DNA from: Bdellovibrionales bacterium
GTDB taxonomy: Bacteria > Bdellovibrionota > Bdellovibrionia > Bdellovibrionales > JAUICD01
Direction: 5' to 3'
Assembly: GCA_965203275.1 (NCBI GenBank)
Contig: OZ241865.1
Span: 1,056,001-1,120,000, forward strand
Length of the DNA: 64,000 nt
The translations under genes were made by a program, and so were the position numbers. This document shows positions 1 to 9,889 of this stretch, piece by piece; within the stretch, counting starts at the first letter, position 1; each line of letters opens with the position of its first letter. The notes under the pieces are model-generated. The model was not told where the DNA came from. It did not search any database and saw nothing but the letters and a program-made list of their open reading frames with translations.

Positions 1-1
1 C

Positions 2-1147
2 TTAGGAATCAATGTTTATCAAGTGAATGAACAAAATAGAAATTTCCCTCAAGACTTTGAAGACCTTGTAGCGTCAGCTTGTCTCATACATGATATAGGA
101 CACCCTCCCTTTGGTCATATAGGAGAGGAGGCTCTTAATAATGCCCTTAAATATTTAAAAGAAAGCAAGAGGCTAAATCCACATTTTTTTGAATCCAATA
201 AGCAAAATATCAGACTCTTGTTAGGTTCAGGATTAGGGAGACCTTATAGTGTAACTTACTCTCTTGTAGATGCTGTGATGAAATACAAAGATGATACATA
301 CAAAAATAACCTTAAAAAATATCCCGGTTACTATGATGAAGAAAAAGACAAAGTCCAAGAGATTTTAAAAGAAACAACCCTAGAGCATGTCAAACATCCT
401 GCCTGTTATCTTATGGAGGCTGCTGATGATATTTCCTACCTTTGTGGAGATATAGAGGATGCTATCAAACTCAAGCAAATAAACAAAGACACCCTTATTG
501 CTAAGCTTGAAGATCTTCCATTTGATGAAGAGATAAATAAAGAAAAGTGGACAGTTTGTATTAAAGATCATTTTGAGAACACACCCAATGAAATCACAAA
601 CCACGTGATGAAAGCCCTTGTGCAACACTGTTGTCAAGTTCTTGAATCATTGGATTTAAAAAATACTTTTTACAATGAAGAATCTCATAGATTCCCCTTG
701 AGGCTAAAAGACAAAATAAAACACATACAACATCCAAAAGAAAAGCTTAATCTTTTATACTGCACTGATCAAAATGATCAAGATCAAATAAGAGAAAAGA
801 TTAAAGAAATTAAAAACTGGATTTACAAAGGAGAAGGCAGTATTTTAAAGTCCCCTACACTTGTAGAAGATCTTTTTATTGCCCAACAAAGGATAGAGAG
901 TTTATATAAAAAATTATATAACTATTGTGTGCAATGCAAGAGTTTTAAAGACCCTTCTCAGCTTGAAGAATCTCCTGTATTTTTAATGTTGCCATCTCAT
1001 ATTCAGAGAAAAATTAAAGCCAATGCAGGTGATCATATAGAAGAAAATCTCATTGCTCGATGGGTTTGTGATTATATCTCTGGCATGACAGATTCTTTTG
1101 CTACGTCTTTGTGGAAGAAGTACTGCACTTTAAAAGCTTGTCAGTAA
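2..1147 (+). CDS. dgt: dGTP triphosphohydrolase (HD domain), 5'-truncated by the window edge
   Basis: HDIGHPPFGH, EAADDISY and DYISGMTD motifs; the frame is open back to position 2; 47-bp convergent overlap with proS. Confidence 0.88.
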   Translation, partial: LGINVYQVNEQNRNFPQDFEDLVASACLIHDIGHPPFGHIGEEALNNALKYLKESKRLNPHFFESNKQNIRLLLGSGLGRPYSVTYSLVDAVMKYKDDTYKNNLKKYPGYYDEEKDKVQEILKETTLEHVKHPACYLMEAADDISYLCGDIEDAIKLKQINKDTLIAKLEDLPFDEEINKEKWTVCIKDHFENTPNEITNHVMKALVQHCCQVLESLDLKNTFYNEESHRFPLRLKDKIKHIQHPKEKLNLLYCTDQNDQDQIREKIKEIKNWIYKGEGSILKSPTLVEDLFIAQQRIESLYKKLYNYCVQCKSFKDPSQLEESPVFLMLPSHIQRKIKANAGDHIEENLIARWVCDYISGMTDSFATSLWKKYCTLKACQ

Positions 1148-2867
1148 GATGATTGATGGTTGATTGAACATTAAGCTTCTGCACTTGTGATAAATGGCTT
1201 CTTTCTACTAATTCTATTGTTTGATCTTCTAAAGGGTTAGCCTCAATTAAGTTGCGTTTACCTACAGTGATGCGAAAAGGGAACCCTAAAAGATCAGCAT
1301 CTTTAAATTTAACGCCAGGTCTTTCATCTCTATCATCTATAAAAACATCTATTTTTAATTTTTCTAATTTCTTCTCTAGCATATCCACAACTTGACATGC
1401 TTTAGAATTGTGAATATCTAAATGACAAATATGTACATGGTAAGGAGCAATTGCAAGAGACCATTGAATGCCATGTTTGTCGTATTTTTGTTCAATCATA
1501 GCTTGTAAACTGCGAGAGACACCAAGTCCATAGCAACCCATTTCTATAGATTGTCTTTTGCCTTGAGAGTCTAAATAAGTGGCATTCATGGCTTTTGAAT
1601 ATTTAAGACCTAAGTAAAAAATATGCCCTACTTCAATACCACGTAATTTTTTATATTTAGATAGACATTGTGGGCAGTCATCTTGATCTGAAGCTAAATG
1701 AAAATCTCCAAAAGCTTTTATTTTAAAATCTCTGTTAGGGTTTACATTCTTAAGGTGGAATCCATCTTTGTTTGCTCCTACTATGTAATTGTTGCTATGG
1801 CAAAGGGCATGATCTGCAAAGATATCACAGTGTAATCCTACAGGGCCACAACTGCCAGGGTTGGCTCCTGTCAATTGAAGTACTTCGGCATTTGATAGCA
1901 TTTCTGGCGGTGTTGTCCAATGAAAGTAGTTTTTTAATTTTATGGGAGCTACTTCATTAGAGCCTTTTAAAAGAACACAAAAAGGTTGTTCATTTTCTTG
2001 TTCTTGTTTGAAAAAAAGTGTTTTTACTAAATTGTCCTTAGTAAGACCTGTCAATTTTGCAAGTTGTTTGATAGTTTTCACTTGAGGTGTTGCAAATTTT
2101 TCCATTGCAGGTAAAGATGAGTCGGCTTTTGTTTTGTTTATTGCTGGTTTGTTAGTAGGAGCTATTTCAAGATTGTAAGCTTGTTGGCATTGACAAACCA
2201 TAAGAGCATCCTCTCCGTGATCTGCTAATATATGAAATTCTTCTGAATAATTGCCTCCGATATTGCCAGAGTCAGCTTGCACCACTTTATAATCTAGTTG
2301 CAATTCATCAAAAATAGCAATGTAAGCTTCTTTCATTTTTTGATAACTTTGAATAGCTGTTTTTTCATTCAGGTCAAAGCTATAAGCATCTTTCATAATA
2401 AATTCTCGCCCACGCAATAAACCAAAGCGAGGTCTGATTTCATCTCGATATTTTGTTTGTATTTGATAAAGGTTTTTAGGAAGGTCCTTATAGCTTTTAA
2501 GATCATGCCTTACAAGATCAGTGATGACTTCTTCATGGGTAGGAGCAAGGCAAAACTCTTGTTTATTTCTATTTTGAAATTTCAGTAGGCCCTCTCCCAT
2601 ATCTTTCCAGCGATTTGTTTCATCCCATAAAGAACGAGGATGCACCATAGGCATTAAGATTTCAATACAATCTTTGCTGTTGAGATGCTTTCTAATAATG
2701 TTTTTGAGTTTTTGAAGAGCTTTTAATGTGATATGATGGTAGGTGTAGATACCTGGAGCGACTTTTTTAATAAGACCAGCTTTCATCATAAGCTTATAGC
2801 TTGGAATCTCATCTGCTTTTTCAGAAATTTCTCTTAATGTAAAAGCATAACTTTTAGACCATCTCAT
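1101..2867 (-). CDS. proS: Proline--tRNA ligase (bacterial type with INS editing domain)
   Basis: PTHEE, KYRDEIRPRFGLLRGREFIMKDAYSF, GIEVGHIF, MGCYGLG, KFKDADLLG motifs. Confidence 0.98.
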   Translation of the reverse strand: MRWSKSYAFTLREISEKADEIPSYKLMMKAGLIKKVAPGIYTYHHITLKALQKLKNIIRKHLNSKDCIEILMPMVHPRSLWDETNRWKDMGEGLLKFQNRNKQEFCLAPTHEEVITDLVRHDLKSYKDLPKNLYQIQTKYRDEIRPRFGLLRGREFIMKDAYSFDLNEKTAIQSYQKMKEAYIAIFDELQLDYKVVQADSGNIGGNYSEEFHILADHGEDALMVCQCQQAYNLEIAPTNKPAINKTKADSSLPAMEKFATPQVKTIKQLAKLTGLTKDNLVKTLFFKQEQENEQPFCVLLKGSNEVAPIKLKNYFHWTTPPEMLSNAEVLQLTGANPGSCGPVGLHCDIFADHALCHSNNYIVGANKDGFHLKNVNPNRDFKIKAFGDFHLASDQDDCPQCLSKYKKLRGIEVGHIFYLGLKYSKAMNATYLDSQGKRQSIEMGCYGLGVSRSLQAMIEQKYDKHGIQWSLAIAPYHVHICHLDIHNSKACQVVDMLEKKLEKLKIDVFIDDRDERPGVKFKDADLLGFPFRITVGKRNLIEANPLEDQTIELVERSHLSQVQKLNVQSTINHLTDKLLKCSTSSTKT

Positions 2868-3331
2868 TGTGTTACCCTTTGTTTATATGCCTTGTGTTTA
2901 TACTTCGTGTTTACAGGCTTTGTGTTTATTATAATATGTCTTATGTTTAATACGTATATGTTAAATTACCTTAATTTTGTCTAAAAAAGCTTATTTGACT
3001 TTATAATGATAGTGACCAGCTTTTATTACATCTTTATAACATATAAGCCTATCTCATTTAGATACTTACTTTTCATTTGTACACACTTTTAAGGATACAA
3101 ACACATCTATAATATAACACAACTTTTTTTATTATGATATAAATTTTATTTTTCAACATAGAATATAATGAATCCATTCGTTTTCATTAAGATAGAGAAA
3201 TTAGGTTTAAAGAGGATGCGGTTACTCCTTTGGATCTAGCAAAACTTGACCTGATCACACATATCGCATATATGGCATTGAGGTACTTAATACTTTAACT
3301 GTTAGATCATTTAGAAGAATCAAAAAAAGAT

Positions 3332-4501
3332 TTAAGGTTTTCTTGATTTGTAAGCATCTTTTACTATACCAATGACTTCTTTAAGAGCTTGAGTAATATT
3401 CTTCATTTCAAATCTTAAACCTTCTTGATTCTCTTTCATTTCTTTTTGATTCTCTTTTAACATGTTAATTTGTATATCTTGATTCTCTTTCATTTCTTTT
3501 TGATTTTCTTTCAACATGTTAATTTGTACATTTTGATTCTCTTTCATTTCTTTTTGACTCTTTTGCAACATGTTAATTTGTACATCTTGCTTCTCTTTTG
3601 TTTCTTTTTGATTTTCTTTCAACATGTTAATTTGTATATCTTGCTTCTCTTTCATTTCTTTTTGATTTTCTTTCAACATGTTAATTTGTATATCTTGCTT
3701 CTCTTTCATTTCTTTTTGATTTTTTTGCAACATGTTAATTTGTACATCTTGCTTCTCTTTTATTTCTTTTTGATTTTTTTGCAACATGTTAATTTGTACA
3801 TCTTGCTTCTCTTTTATTTCTTTTTGATTTTTTTGCAACATGTTAATTTGTACATCTTGCTTCTCTTTTATTTCTTTTTGATTTTTTTGCAACATGTTAA
3901 TTTGTATATCTTGCTTCTCTTTTATTTCTTTTTGATTCTCTTTTATTTCTTTTTGATTCTCCTTCAACATGTTAATTTGTATATCTTGATTTTCTTTCAT
4001 TTCTTTTTGACTCTTTTGCAACATGTTAATTTGTATATCTTGCTTCTCTTTTATTTCTTTCTGATTTTCTTTCATTTCTTTTTGATTCTCTTTCAACATA
4101 TTAATTTGTACATTTTGATTCTCTTTCATTTCTTTTTGATTTTCTTTCATTTCTTTTTGATTCTCTTTCAACATGTTAATTTGTACATTTTGATTTTCTT
4201 TCATTTCTTTTTGACTCTTTTGCAACATGTTAATTTGTACATTTTGATTTTCTTTTAATGCATTAATTTGTATGTTTTGATTCTTTTCTAGCAATTTGAT
4301 TTGTGTAGGAATATGATTGTTTACTTGATCTTTAATTGGAGCAATCAAATCTTTTTGATCTTCTTTCAGTGCTTTGATTTGTTCTTTTAATTCTTTAAAT
4401 TGCTCTTTATTTGGAGACATTAAAAACTTTGCAATAATGATTAAGGCTGCACCAGAACTAAGTATTGCAAATATTATTTTAAAGATGTCGTACATATCCA
4501 T
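3332..4501 (-). CDS. Membrane-anchored coiled-coil tandem-repeat protein
   Basis: N-terminal TM helix, QVNNHIPT motif, then 18-aa (KEKQDVQINMLQKNQKEI) and 7-aa (KENQKEM) units; AGGAGG upstream. Confidence 0.8.
   Translation of the reverse strand: MDMYDIFKIIFAILSSGAALIIIAKFLMSPNKEQFKELKEQIKALKEDQKDLIAPIKDQVNNHIPTQIKLLEKNQNIQINALKENQNVQINMLQKSQKEMKENQNVQINMLKENQKEMKENQKEMKENQNVQINMLKENQKEMKENQKEIKEKQDIQINMLQKSQKEMKENQDIQINMLKENQKEIKENQKEIKEKQDIQINMLQKNQKEIKEKQDVQINMLQKNQKEIKEKQDVQINMLQKNQKEIKEKQDVQINMLQKNQKEMKEKQDIQINMLKENQKEMKEKQDIQINMLKENQKETKEKQDVQINMLQKSQKEMKENQNVQINMLKENQKEMKENQDIQINMLKENQKEMKENQEGLRFEMKNITQALKEVIGIVKDAYKSRKP
3430..4290. repeat. Coding tandem repeat of 54-bp and 21-bp units
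   Basis: CATGTTAATTTG recurs at 3731, 3785, 3839, 3893 (period 54) with interspersed 21-bp units. Confidence 0.95.
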
Positions 4502-4591
4502 ATTTTAGTACCTCCTTGCTTATATACACATTATACACTTATTAATATATACATTGCAAATATATTTTAAAAGAGTCATTTCCAAGTGAAT

Positions 4592-6082
4592 TTAGTGAAA
4601 TAAACTGCTTCTCATCTTACTGTTATAAGACATTACTTTAAGAGCTTCATTGCAAAACCTTGCAACACAAACAGAAATCAGTTCTTCATCTTGAAACGTA
4701 TCGAAAACAGGGGTCAAACTATGACCTTCTTTACTGTGAAAATAAATTTTTAAAAAATCTTCTTTAGAACTTGCTTGTTTCGATAAGTCAATTTCAAAGC
4801 CAATAAGTTCATAAAAATCATAATTATGTGGCACTTCCTCTGTCATAGTTTTCATCACAAGAACCCTTCTCACAGATGAATAAGCAGGTATTTCAATTGC
4901 ATAGTGGTGGCCACCTAAAGCTTTAATCAAATCAGTATTTTCTTCTGAAGATAGGTCACTAGCTAATTTTTCAAAATGTATAGCAATATTTTTTTGTGTT
5001 TTGATTTCTTCTTTTGTACTGCTGTCTTTGGTAGATACCTGATAAAAGATATGAGATGATAAATTGTGATGATGATCTTTGTTTAAATGCATCACAATAG
5101 ATTGATCAAAAGGATTATTGATCTCTAATACACCTAATCTTATCCAAGAATTTCTTGTATTGCTATTGCGATTGATTCGAAGGTATCTTTGAGGGTGACT
5201 GATTGTCCCTAAATCAAATTGCAAATCAAACATACTAGCAAAAGCATCCTTAAAAAATAATTGAAAAGACCTTGACCAAGACCAATGGCGATCTCCAAAT
5301 TTGCCATAAGTGATATGACATACTTGTAAAGGGTTAGCCATTAATATTTTATAATAATTTTCTAAATTAAAAAGCAAAGTAAGGCTTTTAAAAGCCTCTG
5401 TCTGAAAGTTAAAAGGGATGCTTGCTTGAAAGCCAGAACAGTTAAGTCCTAGTTTTGTATTATCTACAGAATGGAAAACATTGAGATAATAATCTCTTAA
5501 ATCTGATGTTGTTAGCTGTGTTTTCTCTATCAAACTTGTTTTGTCCCGGCTATTTCTGTGGTGGATGGCTATGCCACCCCTTGGTCTAGTTGGAATTGTC
5601 ACTTTGATATTCTGAACAGATTTTGTAGAGCCTGTCTTAGTAATACCTGTAAATAAAAAATCACACTGATAAGCTTGACTGGTATCTTTATCAGAATAGT
5701 TATCTTTTCTGGAATCTCTGCGGGCATTACTTTTAGGATAGAACTGCAAGTCTTCTAATGATAAAATAGCATGAAGTGGAAAGTTATTAGCTGATATAAT
5801 TTTCTCTATCTTGAAAGAATTGTTGTATTTTTGTCCGTAACAATCCCCTATAACCTGTACTGCTTGGACCTGCTGATAGGGTTCGTCTCTGTTTTGCCTA
5901 CTGGCAAATATCACCCGATCCTCTATCGAATAAGGGGCTAGTTGTTCTGCCTTTACTGTTCTTTTAATAGAAAATACAATGTTATTGATAATATGTGTAT
6001 CAGCTAAGTTTTGACCCGATGAGTCATTTGACCCTCCACAAGAGGAAAAAATCAAGTAAAATACGACAATGCCGGATTTCAT
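4592..6082 (-). CDS. Hypothetical lipoprotein
   Basis: Long ORF; probable start MKSGIVVFYLIFSSC gives a lipobox-like Cys. Confidence 0.65.
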   Translation of the reverse strand: MKSGIVVFYLIFSSCGGSNDSSGQNLADTHIINNIVFSIKRTVKAEQLAPYSIEDRVIFASRQNRDEPYQQVQAVQVIGDCYGQKYNNSFKIEKIISANNFPLHAILSLEDLQFYPKSNARRDSRKDNYSDKDTSQAYQCDFLFTGITKTGSTKSVQNIKVTIPTRPRGGIAIHHRNSRDKTSLIEKTQLTTSDLRDYYLNVFHSVDNTKLGLNCSGFQASIPFNFQTEAFKSLTLLFNLENYYKILMANPLQVCHITYGKFGDRHWSWSRSFQLFFKDAFASMFDLQFDLGTISHPQRYLRINRNSNTRNSWIRLGVLEINNPFDQSIVMHLNKDHHHNLSSHIFYQVSTKDSSTKEEIKTQKNIAIHFEKLASDLSSEENTDLIKALGGHHYAIEIPAYSSVRRVLVMKTMTEEVPHNYDFYELIGFEIDLSKQASSKEDFLKIYFHSKEGHSLTPVFDTFQDEELISVCVARFCNEALKVMSYNSKMRSSLFH

Positions 6083-6550
6083 ACAAATATTTCTTAATAA
6101 AATATACATAATGAGTACCTCCGTCTTAATGCTTTGAAAAAGAAGCAATTTATGTGCCAAGTCCAAGTCAAAAGTAACATAATCTATAATTTTTGAATTT
6201 GCTTTTTATACTTATGGATAAATTCATTTCACAAAACATAAAAAGTTATTTGCCTTTTAGAGGTCATTTAATCCATAATAAGATTAGGGATAAGAAAAGT
6301 GCTTTTTATAAGTGATTATAATAACTTAAGTTTATAAACACTTGATAAGAGTATCAAAACATACAAAAATCTTGCGTCACAGAGTGTTCTTAGGGGCAAC
6401 ATTTATGAAGAGATTGACAGTATTTCATTATTTAACAAATAGACCTTTATTAAAGATTTTTTGTGTCATACGGCATTACTTTATTTGCACTGATCTTATG
6501 TGGTTAAGGGGTTGTTTCAAAATATTATTTAACTTTCTAGGAGGTTTAAC

Positions 6551-7075
6551 TTGTTATCACTTCAAAAAAAATCAACAACAAAAAAATCATCTCAGAGTAA
6601 AGCAACACATAATTCTGATCTTAATTTCTTGTGTTTTCAAAGGGTGGGAGTTTTTATTGATGCAGAGAACATTGAGATGTCAGGTTTAAAACACCATGAG
6701 GGGCGGACAGATTATAGAAAAATTTTAGATCAAATGGGAGATAGAGAGATTTTACGTATTCTCTATTACAAGCCTATCTATAAAGATGTCAGTGAAACCT
6801 TTAAAAACTTTTTAACTTCTATGGGAGCAGAGGTAAGGCAGCCTCAAAAAAATGCTGATAGTTTTTTAATTATAGATGCTGTCACTCTTGCTGATAAAAT
6901 AGATGTTGCAGTGATCCTTGGAGGTGATAAGGATTTTTTGCCTTTGATTTGGTATTTGAAAACACGAGGTTGTCGTGTGGAGATATGGTCGTGGCCAGAA
7001 ACTACATCAGACGATCTTAAAGAAGCTGCTGATTTTTATTTCCCTATTACTAAAGATTATGTCATGAAAGATTAA
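6551..7075 (+). CDS. NYN domain protein (LabA/DUF88, PIN-like)
   Basis: VFIDAENI, GGDKDFLPL, G-x-x-V-E and LKEAADFY motifs. Confidence 0.9.
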   Translation: MLSLQKKSTTKKSSQSKATHNSDLNFLCFQRVGVFIDAENIEMSGLKHHEGRTDYRKILDQMGDREILRILYYKPIYKDVSETFKNFLTSMGAEVRQPQKNADSFLIIDAVTLADKIDVAVILGGDKDFLPLIWYLKTRGCRVEIWSWPETTSDDLKEAADFYFPITKDYVMKD

Positions 7076-7200
7076 AGTTTGTTGGAATTTTGTTTTTCCC
7101 GGTGTACTTTTCTTTTGTCTTTTAATTCTGCTATTCTACTTAAGTTTTAAAATAGGGTGAGCTATATAATTATTGACGTCAAAAAATAGGTGCTTAAATT

Positions 7201-7962
7201 ATGATGACTATTTTAGATAAATCAGAAATACCTAAAATGGCTAAATCTTGTCAAATAGCAGCAGCTACACTCAATCACATATCATCTTATATTGAGCCGG
7301 GTATTACCACTAATGAAATTAATCGCATAGCCCATGATTTTATGGTTAGTCATCATGCTATTCCTGCTACTCTGAACTATCGTGGATTTCCTAAATCTTG
7401 TTGTACATCTATTAATTCTGTGATTTGTCATGGTGTACCAGATCAAACTGTTCTCAAAGAAGGTGATATTGTGAATGTCGATGTGACAACAATTTTAGAT
7501 GGATTTCATGGGGATACATCTAGAACTTTTTTTGTGGGTAATGTATCTTCAGAAGCAAAAAGATTAACTCAAATAGCTCAAGTAGCTATGCATAAAGGTA
7601 TAGAAGCTATCACTCCCCATGGTACTGTAGGAGATATTGGTTTTGCTATTAATAGGTACTCTACAAGGCAAGGTTTTTTTGTTGTGCAAATACTTGGAGG
7701 ACACGGTATTGGTCGGCAGTTCCATGAAGATCCTTTTGTGCCATCGTTTGGCAAAAAAGGTAAAGGAGCAAAGCTAATCCCTTATCACTGTATCACAGTA
7801 GAACCTATGATTAATATGACAAGTGCGGAGATTAAACATTATCCTATTAAAGGATCAGAGCATTTTTGGTTTGAAGCTGCTGATAAGTGCTTGTCGGCTC
7901 AATTTGAACATACTATCTTGATCACAGATACAGGCTATGAAATTTTAACTTTATCTTCTTAA
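7201..7962 (+). CDS. map: Type I methionine aminopeptidase
   Basis: SINSVICHGVP, GFHGDTSRTF, GHGIG, EPMIN, SAQFEHT motifs. Confidence 0.97.
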   Translation: MMTILDKSEIPKMAKSCQIAAATLNHISSYIEPGITTNEINRIAHDFMVSHHAIPATLNYRGFPKSCCTSINSVICHGVPDQTVLKEGDIVNVDVTTILDGFHGDTSRTFFVGNVSSEAKRLTQIAQVAMHKGIEAITPHGTVGDIGFAINRYSTRQGFFVVQILGGHGIGRQFHEDPFVPSFGKKGKGAKLIPYHCITVEPMINMTSAEIKHYPIKGSEHFWFEAADKCLSAQFEHTILITDTGYEILTLSS

Positions 7963-8173
7963 AATTATTTTATTTTGAGTTCATAGATTTTAGAGTTTGT
8001 AGTTATCATCAATGATTTAGACTGACTTTGATACTTTAATTAGTCATTTCTCTCTTGCTTCTATAGCGGATTTGTTTTAATGTGATACTTGTGTTGCTGT
8101 GATGCTTGTGATATTGTGATGCTATTAAGTAATAGAATATCAATAATTTATGAATTTATGAGGAGGAAGACCG

Positions 8174-9181
8174 ATGTCAAAAAGTGATTTTAGAATTCAG
8201 CATGATCAAATAGCAAGGATGGGTCTTAAACACCCTAAAAGATTTAAAGATTTTATCAAGTTCTCATTGGCTAAGGATCAGTTTAATGCTTTTGAGTTTA
8301 ATCGATTGGAATTTATTAAGACAGACTTTTTAGATCAAAAATTAGGTGGACGGATTGAGGAGTGTCGGTCTGATGTCATAGCTAAAGTAGGTGTCAAAGG
8401 TATGAAGATGCAGGGCTTAGTCGGTGTCATTATAGAGCATAAAAGCTTCAAGCAGTCTCAGAAGCAACTTTTTTTAAATGTTTTAGATTACAACGTGGCA
8501 CTTTTAAAGTCAGGTACTTACCCTGTTATGACGATTTTTTTGTTACACAATGATGCTTCGTCTCATACAGCTTCTGATTTGCAAGGGGCATTTAATTGGA
8601 CACCAGAAATGAGGAAGGTTTTTGGTGATTTGGGGTTGAATTTTGGTGTGATTGTGATAGACTTAAATAAGATATCGGAGGATGACATTTGGAATAAAGC
8701 AGGTTCAATAGCAGCTTTATGTTATGCTCTGAAGTTTGCTAAGAATATGACTAAGGATAAAATAAGGTCTATACTAAAGCTTTGTCGTCGAGATAGTGAA
8801 GATGTGATTAGTTATCGAGAGTATGCAGGTTTTTTGAGTGAGTATATGTTTCAGACCGCAGATTATCCTAAAGAGATATTATATAAGATAGAACAAGAAA
8901 TTATAACAAATAAGGAGGAAATAATTATGCCAAGTACTTATTCAAGAGCCATACAAGAAGGTATGGAAAAGGGTATGGAAAAAGGTAGAGAAGAAGGTAT
9001 GGAAAAAGGTATGGAAAGAGGTATGGAAAAAGGTATGGAAAGAGGTATGGAAAAGGGTCGACAAGAAGGGTTAAAAGAAGTTGCTTTAAATCTTCTTAAG
9101 TCGGGTCATGTAGATATTCAAGCTATTTGCAAAGCTACAGGACTTTCCAAACAAGAAGTATCAGACCTTCAAAAGGCCTAG
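8174..9181 (+). CDS. Rpn/YhgA-like PD-(D/E)XK nuclease (putative transposase family)
   Basis: N-terminal HD, RSDV...IIEHKS catalytic pattern, C-terminal EKGM repeats and TGLS tail; GGAGGA SD. Confidence 0.85.
   Translation: MSKSDFRIQHDQIARMGLKHPKRFKDFIKFSLAKDQFNAFEFNRLEFIKTDFLDQKLGGRIEECRSDVIAKVGVKGMKMQGLVGVIIEHKSFKQSQKQLFLNVLDYNVALLKSGTYPVMTIFLLHNDASSHTASDLQGAFNWTPEMRKVFGDLGLNFGVIVIDLNKISEDDIWNKAGSIAALCYALKFAKNMTKDKIRSILKLCRRDSEDVISYREYAGFLSEYMFQTADYPKEILYKIEQEIITNKEEIIMPSTYSRAIQEGMEKGMEKGREEGMEKGMERGMEKGMERGMEKGRQEGLKEVALNLLKSGHVDIQAICKATGLSKQEVSDLQKA
8927..9181 (+). CDS. Putative intragenic small Rpn product (RpnS-like), 84 aa, in frame
   Basis: TAAGGAGG at 8911-8918 precedes in-frame ATG 8927 (MPSTYSRAIQEG...). 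Confidence 0.6.
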   Translation: MPSTYSRAIQEGMEKGMEKGREEGMEKGMERGMEKGMERGMEKGRQEGLKEVALNLLKSGHVDIQAICKATGLSKQEVSDLQKA

Positions 9182-9189
9182 GATGAGTT

Positions 9190-9388
9190 GTTTCACTCAA
9201 AATGCATCATGCCTCTGGTTCACTAAAAGTAAACTAGCCTCTGGCTACTTTTGGACATTGCTCTGACAGCTTACGCTGTCCAAAAAGAGCAATGTCTCAA
9301 AAGTCCGTTTACTTTTAGTAAGGAGGATCTCTTCGTTTTTTGACACGATGTTAAGGAAAAAGTTCCTTTGGTTCACTCAAAATAAATC
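9190..9388. repeat. Structured repeat cluster 1: module A copy (9217-9366) flanked by two GTTTCACT/GGTTCACT-end fragments
   Basis: P1 ACTAAAAGTAAAC 9222-9234 pairs with 9307-9319; TAGCC-TCT-GGCTA hairpin; GACAGC-TTAC-GCTGTC hairpin; ATGTTAAGG at 9348. Confidence 0.92.
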
Positions 9389-9489
9389 CTGAGTTTGATA
9401 GCCAGCAAAAATAAAGTTGATTAAAATCAGTAGGTTATGAGTCGAACGGCATTATTTTTATCGGCAGAATCAGTGGGGAAAGTGTTTTT

Positions 9490-9783
9490 TTATTGACCTT
9501 TTTTATTATTATTAAGTAAATGATTAATGATCATATCTTGCCCATCTTTAACCTCTTTAATGTCTTCTTTAAGCTCTATCCTAAGCTCTTTAAGCCCTAT
9601 CTTAACTTCTTTAATGTCTTCTTTAAGCTCTATCTTCACCTCTTTAATCTCTGTAGGTAGATGATTACTTACTTGATAAGTTAAATACAAAAGTAAAATA
9701 AACATACATAGAACAATAAAAGTGATCATGCCATGCTGTTTAAAATATTTATCTATTTTCTCCCACAAAACTAAGTAACTCAT
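9490..9783 (-). CDS. Small membrane-anchored coiled-coil protein
   Basis: TM helix, QVSNHLPT motif, IKEVKIELKED repeats; resembles the 3332-4501 protein. Confidence 0.7.
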   Translation of the reverse strand: MSYLVLWEKIDKYFKQHGMITFIVLCMFILLLYLTYQVSNHLPTEIKEVKIELKEDIKEVKIGLKELRIELKEDIKEVKDGQDMIINHLLNNNKKGQ

Positions 9784-9889
9784 TTTTCCCCCGTGTGCTA
9801 ATTGTCCCTGAACTATATATCAGAATAAAAAGTTTTTCTTTATATATTATACTAGATTATTTTGTGGGATATGTCAAGAAAACTCAACT

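Noticed and set aside
3191..3298. Possible ankyrin pseudogene scrap (TPLDLA)
   Set aside because: Single short motif with no start codon and no second repeat; could be chance
3470..4258. 262-aa hydrophobic ORF on the + strand
   Set aside because: Antisense shadow of the coiled-coil repeat gene
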